Positions 44,676-57,871 of a stretch of 64,000 nucleotides of DNA are shown here, piece after piece (within the stretch, counting starts at the first letter, position 1; each line of letters starts with the position of its first letter). The translations under genes and the position numbers were made by a program. The DNA lies in contig CAVZZO010000001.1 of assembly GCA_963779755.1 (NCBI GenBank), positions 1,824,001-1,888,000 on the forward strand. The letters are read 5' to 3'. This DNA comes from an uncultured Gemmatimonadales bacterium. Lineage in GTDB: Bacteria; Gemmatimonadota; Gemmatimonadetes; Gemmatimonadales; GWC2-71-9. Under the pieces are notes generated by a model, which saw only the letters and a program-made list of their open reading frames with translations, made no database searches and was not told the DNA's origin.

Positions 44676-45637
44676 CGCGGGTCCTGCTCACCGGGGTCGC
44701 CGGGTTCATCGGGTCTCACCTGGCGGAAGCGCTGGTCCAGCGGGGAGATGAGGTCGTCGGGGTGGACAACTTCGACCCGTTCTATCCGCGGGACATCAAG
44801 GAGCGGAACCTGGCCGGTCTGGCCGGCCGCGCCGCCTTCCGGCTGCAGCAGCAGGATATCCTGGCGCCGGGGTTGGCCGGGCTGATGACGCCCGAAACGG
44901 TCGTGGTGCACCTCGCCGCCAAAGCCGGCGTCCGGCCCTCGCTGGAAGACCCGGCGGGCTATGCCCGGGTCAACCTGAGCGGCACCGCGGCGGTGCTGGC
45001 TGCGGCGCGGGAGGCCGGCGCCAGCCGCATCGTCTTCGGCAGCTCCTCGTCCGTCTACGGGGATGACACGCCGCCCCCCTTCCGGGAAGATGCGGCCGCC
45101 ATTCAGCCGGTCTCGCCCTACGCCGCCACCAAGCGGGGCGGGGAGTTGTTGCTGCGCGCCCTGGCCCCGATCGCCGGTTTTCGTTCCGCCGCCCTGCGGT
45201 TCTTTACCGTGTACGGTCCGCGGCAGCGTCCCGATCTGGCCATCCATGCCTTTTCCCGGCGGATGCTGGACGGCCGGACGATCACCCTGTTTGGCGACGG
45301 CAGCCAGTCGCGCGACTATACCTATTGCGACGACATCATTCGGGGAGTAATCTCGGCCATCGACTGGACCGGGAGCGCGCCGGCCGGCATGGAGATCTTC
45401 AACCTGGGCGGCAGCCACCCGGTGCCGCTGCGCGAGATGGTCGCTCAGCTGGCGGCCGCGCTGGGGGCGGAGCCGAAGATCGCCTGGGCGCCGATGCAGC
45501 CGGGCGACGTGCAGCACACCTTCGCCGATCTCACCCGCTCGGAAGCCGTGCTGGGTTACCGGCCCCGGGTCTCGTTCCCCGAAGGGGTGCGGCGCTTCGC
45601 CGCGTGGATCAAGGAGGAGCGTGGACGTCAGCGTTGA
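44672..45637 (+). CDS. UDP-glucuronate 4-epimerase-like NAD-dependent epimerase
   Basis: [21 protein letters not shown] and [15 protein letters not shown]. Confidence 0.87.
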   Translation: MTRVLLTGVAGFIGSHLAEALVQRGDEVVGVDNFDPFYPRDIKERNLAGLAGRAAFRLQQQDILAPGLAGLMTPETVVVHLAAKAGVRPSLEDPAGYARVNLSGTAAVLAAAREAGASRIVFGSSSSVYGDDTPPPFREDAAAIQPVSPYAATKRGGELLLRALAPIAGFRSAALRFFTVYGPRQRPDLAIHAFSRRMLDGRTITLFGDGSQSRDYTYCDDIIRGVISAIDWTGSAPAGMEIFNLGGSHPVPLREMVAQLAAALGAEPKIAWAPMQPGDVQHTFADLTRSEAVLGYRPRVSFPEGVRRFAAWIKEERGRQR

Positions 45638-46328
45638 CCATCTGATTGCCCGGGCCCGGGAGCGTTTCGTGCTCCAGGACTACTACGGGGCCATACACCT
45701 GCTGGAGGATGTGGTCACCTCCGGCCGCGCCTTTGCCGACGTGCTGCACCTGCTGGGTCTCTCCTATGCGCTGGTGGAGCGGTCGGAGGAGGCCCTGTCC
45801 TGGTTCGACCAGGCGCTGGACCTGAACCCGCGCTACTTCGAGGCCCACGTGCACCGCGGCATCGTCCTGAACGAGCTGGGACGCCGCGCCGAGGCGGAGG
45901 CCGCCTTCCGCCAGGCCGCCACCGCGTCCCCCGCGCCGGTGGGCAAGCTGCCGGGGCATGTGGCGGCCCAGCTGGCCAACCAGCACGCCGCCCTGGGCAA
46001 CCAGTATGCGCAGGCCGGCGCCCTGGCAGAGGCCATCCGCGAATATGAGAAGGCCATCGGCCTGGGGCCCACCTTCGCCGACCTGCAGTACCGCCTGGCG
46101 CGGCTGCTGCTCGAGGCCGGGCGCACCCTGGAGGCGCGCGAGATCCTGGAACAGGTCGTCCGTGAGCGGCCGTCGTTCCACGACGCCCACGCGGCGCTGG
46201 GGCTGGCGCGCTATCTCTCGGGAGACGCCGCCGGTGCGACCGAGATCTGGACCGCCTGCCTGGCGCGGCGCCCCGGCCAGCCGCGGGTAGAAGCCTATCT
46301 CGCCATGATGGAGCGGGGCGAGGCGTGA
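45621..46328 (+). CDS. TPR-repeat protein
   Basis: ALDLNPRYFEAH and PTFADLQYRLA TPR patterns. Confidence 0.8.
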   Translation: MDVSVDHLIARARERFVLQDYYGAIHLLEDVVTSGRAFADVLHLLGLSYALVERSEEALSWFDQALDLNPRYFEAHVHRGIVLNELGRRAEAEAAFRQAATASPAPVGKLPGHVAAQLANQHAALGNQYAQAGALAEAIREYEKAIGLGPTFADLQYRLARLLLEAGRTLEAREILEQVVRERPSFHDAHAALGLARYLSGDAAGATEIWTACLARRPGQPRVEAYLAMMERGEA

Positions 46329-47209
46329 AGCCGCTGCTCCTCCTGCTGGTCCTGGCCGCCGCGTGCGTGTCCGCCGCCGCGGACCACGAGAAGCTGGGCG
46401 ATGCCGCGGCCGCGCAGGGTAACTTCGATGATGCCCTGCTGGAGTATCGCGCCGGGGTGCAGGCCAGCCCGCGTCCCCGGCTCTTCGCCAAGCTGGCCCA
46501 GGCGGCGCTTCGCACCCATGACTACCGGACGGCGGCCGACGGCTACCGTCGCCTGGCGGAGGAAGACCCTACCCGGGCGGGAGAGGCCGCGACCGGGCTG
46601 GACATGGTCGCCGAGGGGGCGGCACGCACCGGTGATGCGACCGCCCTGGAGTCGGCCGTGGTGGCGCTGCAGTCGCTGGCGCCCGACCGGCCGGTCGGGC
46701 GCCTGGCCCTGCCGCTGGTGCTGAAAGGGACCCTGGCGCCGGAACGGGAGCTGGCCCTGCTTCCCGATGCGCTGGCCGCGGCCGGCGACGGCGGCACGGT
46801 GGATTCGCTGCTCATCCTCTACGCCGGCGCCTACCGCCGCACCACGGCCTGCGAGGACGCGGTGCGGGTCTACGGAATTCTGGAGCGGCGGGCCGGATCG
46901 CTGCCCGATGCGGCAGTGCCGGGCTACGTGGCCTGCACCTTCCAGCTGGGGGCCGATGCCCAGGCGCTGGAGCAGCCGGAAAATGCCGAACGCTGGTATG
47001 CGCTGGCGCTGCGACTAGATTCGACCTCCACCCTGGGACGTCGCGCGCTGGTGGGGTACGCCGACGCCCGCGCCGCCCAGGGCGACACCGCCGCCGCCGT
47101 GCCCGCGCTCGAAGCCGCCGCCGGGGGTCAGGATTCTGTTGCCCAGCGCGCCCGCCGGCGGTTGCAGGCCCTGGGCGCACCCGTTTCCGGCGATTCGATC
47201 GCTCCCTGA
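46325..47209 (+). CDS. TPR-like lipoprotein
   Basis: Lipobox-like AAAC; helical repeats. Confidence 0.7.
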   Translation: MKPLLLLLVLAAACVSAAADHEKLGDAAAAQGNFDDALLEYRAGVQASPRPRLFAKLAQAALRTHDYRTAADGYRRLAEEDPTRAGEAATGLDMVAEGAARTGDATALESAVVALQSLAPDRPVGRLALPLVLKGTLAPERELALLPDALAAAGDGGTVDSLLILYAGAYRRTTACEDAVRVYGILERRAGSLPDAAVPGYVACTFQLGADAQALEQPENAERWYALALRLDSTSTLGRRALVGYADARAAQGDTAAAVPALEAAAGGQDSVAQRARRRLQALGAPVSGDSIAP

Positions 47210-47997
47210 TGACCAAGCATCTGACTCTTCTGGCCATTCCCGCCTGTCTCGTGCTGCTCGCCGCCTGCGGGCGGACGATCAATGCCCCGGCGGCCGGCCC
47301 GGCGCCTATCAGCCTGGGCGGTGACAGCCTCCAGGTGGACACGCTCTGGACCCAGGCCCGGCAGGCATACCGCGCCGGCAACTGGGACCGGGCTGCCACC
47401 CAGCTGGAGCGCCTGTTGCTGGAATACCCCGCCGGGGACCCGCGCATCGACGAGACGCATTTCCTGCTGGCGGAGTGTTACTTCGCGCAGAAGGATCATA
47501 TCCGCGCCGCCCGCGAGTTCCGCCGCGTCTCCGATGAGACGCCGAATTCGCCGCTGGCCCCGCTGGCGCTGGAACGGGCGGGCGATGTCTACGCCGATCT
47601 GTGGCGCCGGCCGGAGCTGGATCCGACCTATGCCCAGACGGCGCTGGCGACCTATCGTGAAGTACTGAACCGCTACCCCGGCACCGAGGCCGCCCGCCGT
47701 GCCACCGACCGCATTGGCGATCTGGACAACGAGTTCGCCCAGAAGGAACTGAAGAACGCCGAGTTCTACCTGCGGCTCAAGGCGTACGATTCCGCCATCA
47801 TCTACCTGAAAGACCTGGTGGCGACCTACCCCCGGGCGCGTGTCGCCCCCGACGCTCTCATCAAGCTGGTCCAGGCCTACCAGGCGCTGGGCTACGCGGA
47901 GGATGTGCAGGAAACCTGCGGCTACATCCGCCGCTTCCATCCCACCGCTCAGGGCGTGGGAGAGGTCTGCCCCGCGCCCGCCGACAGTACCTCCTAG
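47209..47997 (+). CDS. bamD: Outer-membrane protein assembly factor BamD
   Basis: Lipobox LAAC, TPR repeats, ELDPTY..A..Y...YP and AEFY...YDSAIIY. Confidence 0.82.
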   Translation: MTKHLTLLAIPACLVLLAACGRTINAPAAGPAPISLGGDSLQVDTLWTQARQAYRAGNWDRAATQLERLLLEYPAGDPRIDETHFLLAECYFAQKDHIRAAREFRRVSDETPNSPLAPLALERAGDVYADLWRRPELDPTYAQTALATYREVLNRYPGTEAARRATDRIGDLDNEFAQKELKNAEFYLRLKAYDSAIIYLKDLVATYPRARVAPDALIKLVQAYQALGYAEDVQETCGYIRRFHPTAQGVGEVCPAPADSTS

Positions 47998-47999
47998 GC

Positions 48000-48564
48000 A
48001 TGGTCGGGCTGTTCGGCGGAAGCTTCGACCCCATTCATCATGGCCATCTGATCGCCGCGCTCCGGCTGGTGGAAGAGCTGGAGCTGGAATCGCTACGGTT
48101 CCTCCCGGCACGGGAACAGCCCTTCAAGGCTGGCCGCCACGGCGCCCCGGCGCATCAGCGGGCGCGGATGGTCGAGCTGGCCATTGCCGGCGAGCCCCGG
48201 TTTGCCCTGGAGCGCTGCGAGCTGGAGCGTCCCGCCCCGTCCTACACCGTCGACACGCTGCGGCTGCTGCGGGAGCGGGAGCCGCAGCGGGAATTCACGC
48301 TGCTGGTGGGGGCGGATGCCGCCGCCGAGCTGGGCGCCTGGCGGGAAGCGGCGCAGCTGCCCTCCCTGGCCCGGATCGTGGTGTTTTCCCGGCCGGGCGT
48401 GCCGCCGCCGCCCTCCGGCCTGGTGAGCCGGGTGGCAACCGTCCCGGCCATCGAAATTTCCGCCACGGCCATCCGCCGCCGGGTGGCGGACGGGCGCTCG
48501 ATTCGCTATCTGGTGCCGGAGGTGGTGGCCGCCCACATCCGGCAGGAGGGGCTATATTTAAAGG

Positions 48565-48572
<8 letters not shown>
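48000..48572 (+). CDS. nadD: Nicotinate-nucleotide adenylyltransferase
   Basis: [18 protein letters not shown] and ISATAIR. Confidence 0.95.
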
Positions 48573-51726
<3,154 letters not shown>

Positions 51727-51756
51727 GACGTTGCCGCTCCAGCCACCAGTAAAACT

Positions 51757-51790
51757 GCGCCGTGCATCGAAAGAGTCCGAGGCACGGCGC
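51757..51790 (+). terminator. Hairpin after secA (possible terminator; no clear U-tract)
   Basis: GCGCCGTGC...GCACGGCGC. Confidence 0.45.
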
Positions 51791-52104
51791 GCGCGTTATC
51801 GGGCAATGAAGAAAGATTCACGGCCGGTTTAGGGAACAGCCAGACTCGGATCACGGCGCATGATCGGCCGGTCCGGCGCGCTTCCGTCACGCGGAACGCT
51901 CCCCCCGCCGCACGGAACCTCCCGCCGGCCATGGTCTTAGCCCGCACACCGCCGTCGCGCGCGGCCGCCATGCCGTGGCTCCAGCGGGAGAATCTCCCCT
52001 CGCACATCCGCAGGATTACGGGGTTCCATGCCCGGAGCGGGCCGGATGGTTCCGCTTCCCCGTACATCCTACGTTCATCGCGTATTCACAAGCGATTACG
52101 CGAC

Positions 52105-53424
52105 ATGCCGCTCGCCCTGGTAGGGATCAATCATCGGACCGCGCCACTCGCCTTGCGCGAGCGGCTCGCGCTGTCGGTTGGTGAGCAGCGCGCACTGCTG
52201 GAAAACCCCTCCGCCCGGGCGGTGGCGCGGCACGCAGGCCTGGCCGAGCTGGTGCTCCTCTCCACCTGCAATCGCACCGAACTGTACGCTGCCGCAGATC
52301 ACGCCGACCACCGCGTGGCCGAGGTGCCCCGGGGCATGCTCGAGTTGCTGGCGGGCGCCGGCGGGCTGGAGCCCGAAGCCCTGCTCCCCCACACCTATAT
52401 GCACGCCGGGATGGATGCGCTCCGGCACCTGTGCACCGTGGCCGCGGGGCTGGATTCGATGGTGCTGGGGGAGTCGGAGGTCCTGGGGCAGGTAAGCCAG
52501 GCGCACGAAGCCGCCGCGCGGGTGGGCAGTATCGGCCCGCTGCTGGAGGAAGCCTTCCGCAGCGCGGTGCGGGCCGGCCGCCGGGCCCGGACCGAGACCG
52601 GTATCTGCCGCCGCCCGGCCAGCGTGAGCAGCGAGGCGGTGCGGCTACTGGCCGATGTCGCCGGGGAGCTGCAGCACCTCCGGGTGCTCATCGTGGGGAC
52701 CGGCAAGATGGGGCGGCTGGCGGGCGAGGCGCTCCGCGCGCATGGCGCGCGCCGGCTGCGGGTGGTGAGCCGGACGTCGGAACACGCGGCGGCGCTGGCC
52801 GGACAATGGGGGGTGGACGCGCTGCCCTGGCACGACCTGGCCGGCGCCATCGCCACCGCCGACGCGGTGATCTGCTCCACCGGCGCGCCCCATGCGGTGA
52901 TTACCCGGGAGCTGGTGGAGCGGGCCCGGCGCACGCTACCCGCGGCCCGGCGTCAGATCTTCGTGGATATCGCGGTCCCGCGGGATGTGGAACCGATGGT
53001 AGCCGGCCTCGACGGGGTGGAAGTCTATGATCTGGATGCCCTGCAGGAGCGGCTGAACGGCAATCTCGAGCTGCGGCGGCGCGAAGTCCCTGCGGTGCAG
53101 GCCATTGTCGAGGAAGAACTGCGGCGTTTCGAGGAGTGGCGTCACGCCGCCGCCCTGCGTCCCCTGCTGACCGAGATGCATGCCCGGGGCGAGGCCATCC
53201 GGCGGCGCGAGGTCGAACGCATGCTCCGGCGCATGGGCCAGGTTCCACCCGAGCTGCAGGAGCAGCTCGAGGCCTTCTCCCGTTCGCTGGTCACCAAGCT
53301 GCTGCACGAACCTACCCGACGGCTTCGCCAGACGGTCAATCCCGAGGAAGTGCAGACCTACACCAGCATTACCCGCGAGCTGTTCGGTCTGGCCGGCCGG
53401 CCGGTCGACGACACCGCGGCATGA
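52105..53424 (+). CDS. hemA: Glutamyl-tRNA reductase
   Basis: GINHRTAP, STCNRTE, GLDSMVLGE and DIAVPRDV. Confidence 0.95.
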   Translation: MPLALVGINHRTAPLALRERLALSVGEQRALLENPSARAVARHAGLAELVLLSTCNRTELYAAADHADHRVAEVPRGMLELLAGAGGLEPEALLPHTYMHAGMDALRHLCTVAAGLDSMVLGESEVLGQVSQAHEAAARVGSIGPLLEEAFRSAVRAGRRARTETGICRRPASVSSEAVRLLADVAGELQHLRVLIVGTGKMGRLAGEALRAHGARRLRVVSRTSEHAAALAGQWGVDALPWHDLAGAIATADAVICSTGAPHAVITRELVERARRTLPAARRQIFVDIAVPRDVEPMVAGLDGVEVYDLDALQERLNGNLELRRREVPAVQAIVEEELRRFEEWRHAAALRPLLTEMHARGEAIRRREVERMLRRMGQVPPELQEQLEAFSRSLVTKLLHEPTRRLRQTVNPEEVQTYTSITRELFGLAGRPVDDTAA

Positions 53425-54338
53425 CCACCACCGCGCTGCTGCGCTGCGGCACCCGGGCCTCCGCCCTGGCGCGATGGCAGACCGGCCGGGTCGCCCACGC
53501 GCTGCGCGACCGGACCGGCGCCGCCTGCGAGACGATGCTGCTCTCGACCGAGGGCGACCGGCGGCTGGATATCCCGCTGCCGGAGATCGGCGGCAAGGGT
53601 GTCTTCACCCAGGAGCTGGAAGCGGCCCTGCGCGAGGGCAGCATCGATTTCGCCGTGCATTCGCTCAAGGACCTGCCCATCGAGCCGGCCGACGGTCTGA
53701 CCCTGGCGGCGGTACTGCTGCGGGACGATGCCCGCGACGTGCTGATCGCCCCGGCCGGCGCCTCGCTGGCCTCGCTGCCGCGGGGGGCGCGCGTCGGTAC
53801 CTCCAGCACCCGGCGCGTGGCGCAGCTGCGGGCCGCCCGGCCCGATCTCACCATCCTGCCGCTGCGCGGAAACGTTGACAGCCGGGTGCGCAAGCAGCGG
53901 GACGGCGAGTACGAGGCGATCGTCATCGCCGCCGCCGGCGTGCGCCGGCTGGGCCTGGCCGGCGCCATTGCCGAGTATCTGCCCTGCGAGTTGATGCTGC
54001 CGGCGCCGGGGCAAGGGGCGCTGGCGGTTCAGTGCCGCGCGGACGATCACCGTACCCGCGAACTCCTGGCCGTTCTGGATGAGGCGCCGGTCCGGGCCGC
54101 CACCGGGGCGGAGCGCGCCTTCCTCGAGGCGCTGGGCGGCGGCTGCGCGGCGCCGGTGGCGGCCCTGGCCGAACCGGCCGTCCGGGAGGGCGAGTACCGG
54201 CTGCGCTGTCTGGTGGCATCCCCGGATGGGGCCCGGGTGCTGCGGGTCGAGGGCCACGCCCCGGTGGACGGGCTCACGCCGCTGGCGCTGCGACTGGCGG
54301 AACAGGTAATCGCCCAGGGCGGACGGGAACTGCTGTGA
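53421..54338 (+). CDS. hemC: Hydroxymethylbilane synthase (porphobilinogen deaminase)
   Basis: GTRASALA, GKGVFT, HSLKDLP, RGNV and GGC..P. Confidence 0.95.
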   Translation: MTTTALLRCGTRASALARWQTGRVAHALRDRTGAACETMLLSTEGDRRLDIPLPEIGGKGVFTQELEAALREGSIDFAVHSLKDLPIEPADGLTLAAVLLRDDARDVLIAPAGASLASLPRGARVGTSSTRRVAQLRAARPDLTILPLRGNVDSRVRKQRDGEYEAIVIAAAGVRRLGLAGAIAEYLPCELMLPAPGQGALAVQCRADDHRTRELLAVLDEAPVRAATGAERAFLEALGGGCAAPVAALAEPAVREGEYRLRCLVASPDGARVLRVEGHAPVDGLTPLALRLAEQVIAQGGRELL

Positions 54339-55123
54339 TGACTGCCCTCGCCGGCCGCCGGGTGCTGGTCACCCGCCCGCAGATGGCGGACGACCCGCTG
54401 GTGCGGGCGCTGCGCGAGCGCGGCGCCGAGCCGGTGCTGCTGCCCACCATTGACATCCAGCCCATGGAAGATCCGGGGCCGCTGGATGCCGCGCTGGCCG
54501 CATTGGACTCGTACGACTGGATCGTCTTCACCAGCGGCAACGGGGTGGCGGTGTTCTTCGACCGGCTGGAGCAGCGGGGCCAGCGTCTGGCCGAATCGGT
54601 GCGGCTGGCGGTGGTCGGCAGCGCCACGGCCCGGGCGCTGGAGGCGCGGGGCGCGCGGGCCGATTTCATCCCCTCGGCCTATGTGGGCGCCCGGCTGGGC
54701 TGGGAGCTGCCCGACGTCTCCGGCCGCCGGGTGCTGCTGGCCCGCGCCGCGATTGCGCGGGAGGACCTGGCCGCCATTCTGTCCGGCCGCGGTGCCCTGG
54801 TGGATGATGTCCCGGTTTACGACACCCTGCCCACGCTGCCCGATCCCGCGGGGCTCGCCGCCCTGGAGGGCCGCGCGGTGACGGCGGTGACGTTTACCAG
54901 CGCATCGACCGCCCGGAATTTCGCAGCCCTGCTGGGTTGCCGCGCGGCTCCGCTGCTCGCCGGGGTGGTGGTTGCCTGCATCGGGCCGGTGACCTCCGAC
55001 GAGGCCCGCGGGCTGGGATTCCCGGTCCATGTGGAACCACGCGAACACACTATCCCCGCCCTGGTGGACGCGCTGGAAGCGCATCTGGCCGGCGGGGCTG
55101 CCACGGAAGGCCTGACGTCATGA
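54335..55123 (+). CDS. hemD: Uroporphyrinogen-III synthase
   Basis: VLVTRP, FTSGNGV, FTSASTA and CIGPVT. Confidence 0.92.
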   Translation: MMTALAGRRVLVTRPQMADDPLVRALRERGAEPVLLPTIDIQPMEDPGPLDAALAALDSYDWIVFTSGNGVAVFFDRLEQRGQRLAESVRLAVVGSATARALEARGARADFIPSAYVGARLGWELPDVSGRRVLLARAAIAREDLAAILSGRGALVDDVPVYDTLPTLPDPAGLAALEGRAVTAVTFTSASTARNFAALLGCRAAPLLAGVVVACIGPVTSDEARGLGFPVHVEPREHTIPALVDALEAHLAGGAATEGLTS

Positions 55124-56124
55124 TTCGCCGTCCCCGCCGACTCCGGCTCAACTCCGCCATGCGCGGTCTCGTGCGCGAGACCAGGCTGTCGGCGTCGGAT
55201 TTCATCTATCCGCTGTTCATTACCGCCGCCTCCGACCAGCCGCGGCCGATCGGCTCCATGCCGGGCATAACGCAGTGGCCGGTGGATCGTGTGGCCGCCG
55301 AAGCACAAGCCGCCGCCGATCTCGGCATACCGGCGGTCCTGCTGTTCGGCATTCCCGCGGCCAAGGACCCGTCCGGGACCGATGCCTACGCGCCGGAGGG
55401 AGTGGTGCAGCAGGCGATTCGCGCCATCAAGCGGGCAGTCCCCGGGCTGCTGGTGATCGGTGACGTCTGCCTCTGCGAGTACACCGACCACGGCCACTGC
55501 GGGCTGCTGAACGGATCCTCGCCGGCGCTGAGCCGGGACGACCTGCCGCAGGGCTACGTCCTCAATGACGAGAGCGTGGAGCTGCTGGGGCGGATCGCCG
55601 TGGCCCAGGCCGAGGCGGGCGTGGACATTGTGGCGCCCTCGGCCATGCTCGACGGCATGGTGGCCGGTATCCGCCAGGCGCTGGACGGCCGCGGGTTCAC
55701 CCACATTCCGATCATGTCGTACTCGGCCAAGTTCGCCTCGGGCTTCTACGGCCCGTTCCGCGATGCGGCCGAGGGCGCGCCGAAGGAGGGCGACCGCTCC
55801 AGCCACCAGATGGATCCCGCCAATGTGCGCGAGGCCCTGAAGGAGAGCGCGCTGGACGTGGACGAGGGCGCCGACATGCTCATGGTGAAGCCCGCGCTGG
55901 CCTATCTCGACATCATCAGTGCGACCCGTGCCCGGTTCCCCGACCTGCCGCTCGCGGCCTACAACGTGAGCGGGGAGTACTCGCTGGTGAAAGCCGGAGC
56001 CCAGGCCGGATTCCTGGACGAGCGCCGGGCGGTGCTGGAGATCCTGACCGGCATCCGCCGGGCCGGCGCCGACCTGATCATCACCTATCACGCGAAGGAC
56101 GCCGCCCGCTGGCTCCAGGGCTGA
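55120..56124 (+). CDS. hemB: Porphobilinogen synthase (Zn-type)
   Basis: DVCLCEYTDHGHCG, FYGPFR, MVKP and YNVSGEY. Confidence 0.96.
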   Translation: MIRRPRRLRLNSAMRGLVRETRLSASDFIYPLFITAASDQPRPIGSMPGITQWPVDRVAAEAQAAADLGIPAVLLFGIPAAKDPSGTDAYAPEGVVQQAIRAIKRAVPGLLVIGDVCLCEYTDHGHCGLLNGSSPALSRDDLPQGYVLNDESVELLGRIAVAQAEAGVDIVAPSAMLDGMVAGIRQALDGRGFTHIPIMSYSAKFASGFYGPFRDAAEGAPKEGDRSSHQMDPANVREALKESALDVDEGADMLMVKPALAYLDIISATRARFPDLPLAAYNVSGEYSLVKAGAQAGFLDERRAVLEILTGIRRAGADLIITYHAKDAARWLQG

Positions 56125-56147
56125 GCGCGGCGGCGGAGGGACGACAC

Positions 56148-56837
56148 GTGCCGGAACAGACTCCTCAGACGTTCAACCATTTTTCCCTGGTGCGCTTCAG
56201 CGCCGAGTACTGGCGCGAGGCGCCGGAGGCGCGGCGGCGCCTGCTCTGCGGCTGGCTGGGGCGGCTCCGCGACCGCATGGATGCGTTGCACCTCTACCAG
56301 CTCTTCGGGGTGGAACAGGGGAGCGATCTACTGGTCTGGTCGGCCCTGGCGGGCGACGATCCGGGCATTCCCGCCCGGTTCTTCGCCGAGTACGGGGGGG
56401 CGGCTCTGCCCTATCGACGCTATCTGGAACTGGGGACTGCGCTCTGGGGTTTCACCCGGCCCTCGCAGTACACCAAGACCCGCTCCACCCAGGAGCTGGA
56501 TCCGTTCGCCGCCGGGCGCCGGCCCTACCTGGTGATGTACCCGTTCACCAAGACCTCCGCCTGGTACCAGCTGCCGCGGGAAGAGCGGCACGGCATGATG
56601 ATGGAGCACATCAAGGTGGGGAAACAGTATCCCGACATCACCCAGCTGCTGCTGTACTCCACCGGACTGCAGGACCAGGAATTCGTGGTGGTCTACGAGA
56701 CCGACGACCTGCTCCGCTTCTCCGGCCTGGTGACCGATCTGCGCAGCACCCTGGCCCGGCCCCATACCGAGCGCGACACGCCGCTGCACACCGCGGTGTA
56801 CCAGCCCGACATGGACGCGCTCTACCAATGGCTCTGA
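56148..56837 (+). CDS. hemQ: Coproheme decarboxylase (chlorite dismutase family, ChdC/HemQ)
   Basis: YPFTK..WY.LP.EER..MM.EH..VG and GLQDQEFVV; lies inside the hem operon. Confidence 0.85.
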   Translation: MPEQTPQTFNHFSLVRFSAEYWREAPEARRRLLCGWLGRLRDRMDALHLYQLFGVEQGSDLLVWSALAGDDPGIPARFFAEYGGAALPYRRYLELGTALWGFTRPSQYTKTRSTQELDPFAAGRRPYLVMYPFTKTSAWYQLPREERHGMMMEHIKVGKQYPDITQLLLYSTGLQDQEFVVVYETDDLLRFSGLVTDLRSTLARPHTERDTPLHTAVYQPDMDALYQWL

Positions 56838-57871
56838 CCGCGTCCGGTACCGCACCCCTGCTCGCGGCCGCCCGCGGCGAGCCGACCTCGCATACCCCGG
56901 TCTGGTTCATGCGCCAGGCGGGCCGCTATCTGCCCGAGTACCGGGCCATCCGGGAGCGCCACACGCTGCTGGAGATCGTCGCCCAGCCCGAGCTGGCGGC
57001 GGAGGTCACGCTCCAGCCGGTGCGCCGGCTGGGGGTGGACGCGGCCATTCTCTTCGCCGACATCCTGTTGCCGCTGGTACCGATGGGGCTCGACCTGGCC
57101 TTCGAGAAGGGTGAAGGGCCGGTGATCCGGAATCCGGTGCGCGCTGCGACCGATGTCGCCCGGCTGGCCCCGGTGGATGTGGCGGATGCCCTGGGATCGG
57201 TGCTCGAGGCGATCCGGCTGGTGCGCCGGGAACTGGACGAGGCGGTGCCGCTCATCGGGTTCGCCGGCGCGCCGTTCACCGTGGCCTGCTACGCCATCGA
57301 GGGCGGCTCCTCACGCAACTTTCTCGAAGCCAAGCAACTCATGTACGGCGCGCCCGATATCTGGCACGCCTTCATGACCCGCCTGGTGACGGTGCTGGGC
57401 GACTACCTCGCGGCGCAGGCGGCGGCGGGCGCCCAGGCCCTGCAGGTCTTCGACAGCTGGGCCGGCGCGCTGAGCCCGGACGACTACCGTCGCTACGTGC
57501 TGCCGTATTCGCGCCGCCTCTTTCAACGGCTGGAGACGCTGGGCGTGCCCACCATTCACTTCGGAGTGGATACCTCCACCCTGCTGGAGCTGCTGGCGGA
57601 AGCCGGCGGCGATGTCATCGGGCTCGACTGGCGCCTCCCGCTCGACCTGGGGTGGCAACGGATCGGCGGGCGGGCGGTGCAGGGGAACCTGGACCCTGCG
57701 GCGCTGTTTGCCCCGCGGGCCGAGCTCGCCGCCCGGGTGGTGGACATTCTCGACCGCGCGGCGGGCCGCCCGGGCCACATCTTCAACCTCGGGCACGGGC
57801 TGCTGCCCGGCACGCCGGTGGATGCGGTGCGGGCGGTGGTGGATCTGGTGCACGAGCGGACCGCGCGATGA
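56828..57871 (+). CDS. hemE: Uroporphyrinogen decarboxylase
   Basis: WFMRQAGRYLPEY, QGNLDP and FNLGHG. Confidence 0.96.
   Translation: MALTASGTAPLLAAARGEPTSHTPVWFMRQAGRYLPEYRAIRERHTLLEIVAQPELAAEVTLQPVRRLGVDAAILFADILLPLVPMGLDLAFEKGEGPVIRNPVRAATDVARLAPVDVADALGSVLEAIRLVRRELDEAVPLIGFAGAPFTVACYAIEGGSSRNFLEAKQLMYGAPDIWHAFMTRLVTVLGDYLAAQAAAGAQALQVFDSWAGALSPDDYRRYVLPYSRRLFQRLETLGVPTIHFGVDTSTLLELLAEAGGDVIGLDWRLPLDLGWQRIGGRAVQGNLDPAALFAPRAELAARVVDILDRAAGRPGHIFNLGHGLLPGTPVDAVRAVVDLVHERTAR

Noticed and set aside
52074..52091. Possible Rex operator upstream of hemA
   Set aside because: Only the right half-site (TTCACAA) matches TTGTGAA-N4-TTCACAA.
56148..56837. Chlorite dismutase (chlorite detoxification)
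   Set aside because: There is no signal peptide, and the YPFxK motif plus the position inside the hem operon indicate coproheme decarboxylase.
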